Assembly (NCBI RefSeq): GCF_006345805.1
Contig: NC_043005.1
Coordinates: 104,408,001-104,472,000, forward strand
Direction: 5' to 3'
Origin: Octopus sinensis
Taxonomy: Eukaryota
DNA: 64,000 bases
Shown here: positions 63,967 to 64,000 of the stretch, piece by piece
How the letters are laid out: each line of letters opens with the position of its first letter
Position numbering within the stretch: the first letter of the stretch is position 1
Translations under genes and position numbers: made by a program
Notes under the pieces: model-generated
Databases searched by the model: none
What the model saw: only the letters and a program-made list of their open reading frames with translations
What the model was told of the DNA's origin: nothing

Positions 63967-64000
<34 letters not shown>

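Overview
Repeat-saturated, AT-rich eukaryotic non-coding DNA with no recognisable intact host gene. Nearly all long ORFs in the supplied track are artefacts of microsatellites or decayed transposon genes. The SINE families and extreme di/tri/tetranucleotide microsatellite load are most consistent with a coleoid cephalopod (Octopus-like) genome; this is inference, not a database result. Content: (i) at least six tRNA-derived SINE types built from interchangeable heads and tails; (ii) seven fragments of R4/Dong-type LINEs, four of them stacked in one (TAA)n array together with a 551-bp non-coding passenger element; (iii) several Penelope-like elements (PLEs), including a near-complete RT pseudogene bracketed by inverted repeats and preceded by a minimal hammerhead-ribozyme motif; (iv) RTE and CR1-type LINE pieces; (v) DNA transposons: a piggyBac deletion derivative, two mariners, a hAT transposase, MITEs and a non-autonomous Helitron; (vi) a decayed tRNA-Trp copy. 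The most unexpected item is a histone H4-derived sequence at 38954-39240 (-) whose segments are tandemly multiplied and out of order. Also notable is a perfect 124-bp inverted repeat at 6574-6976. All protein similarities were judged by eye from manual translation; no searches were run.
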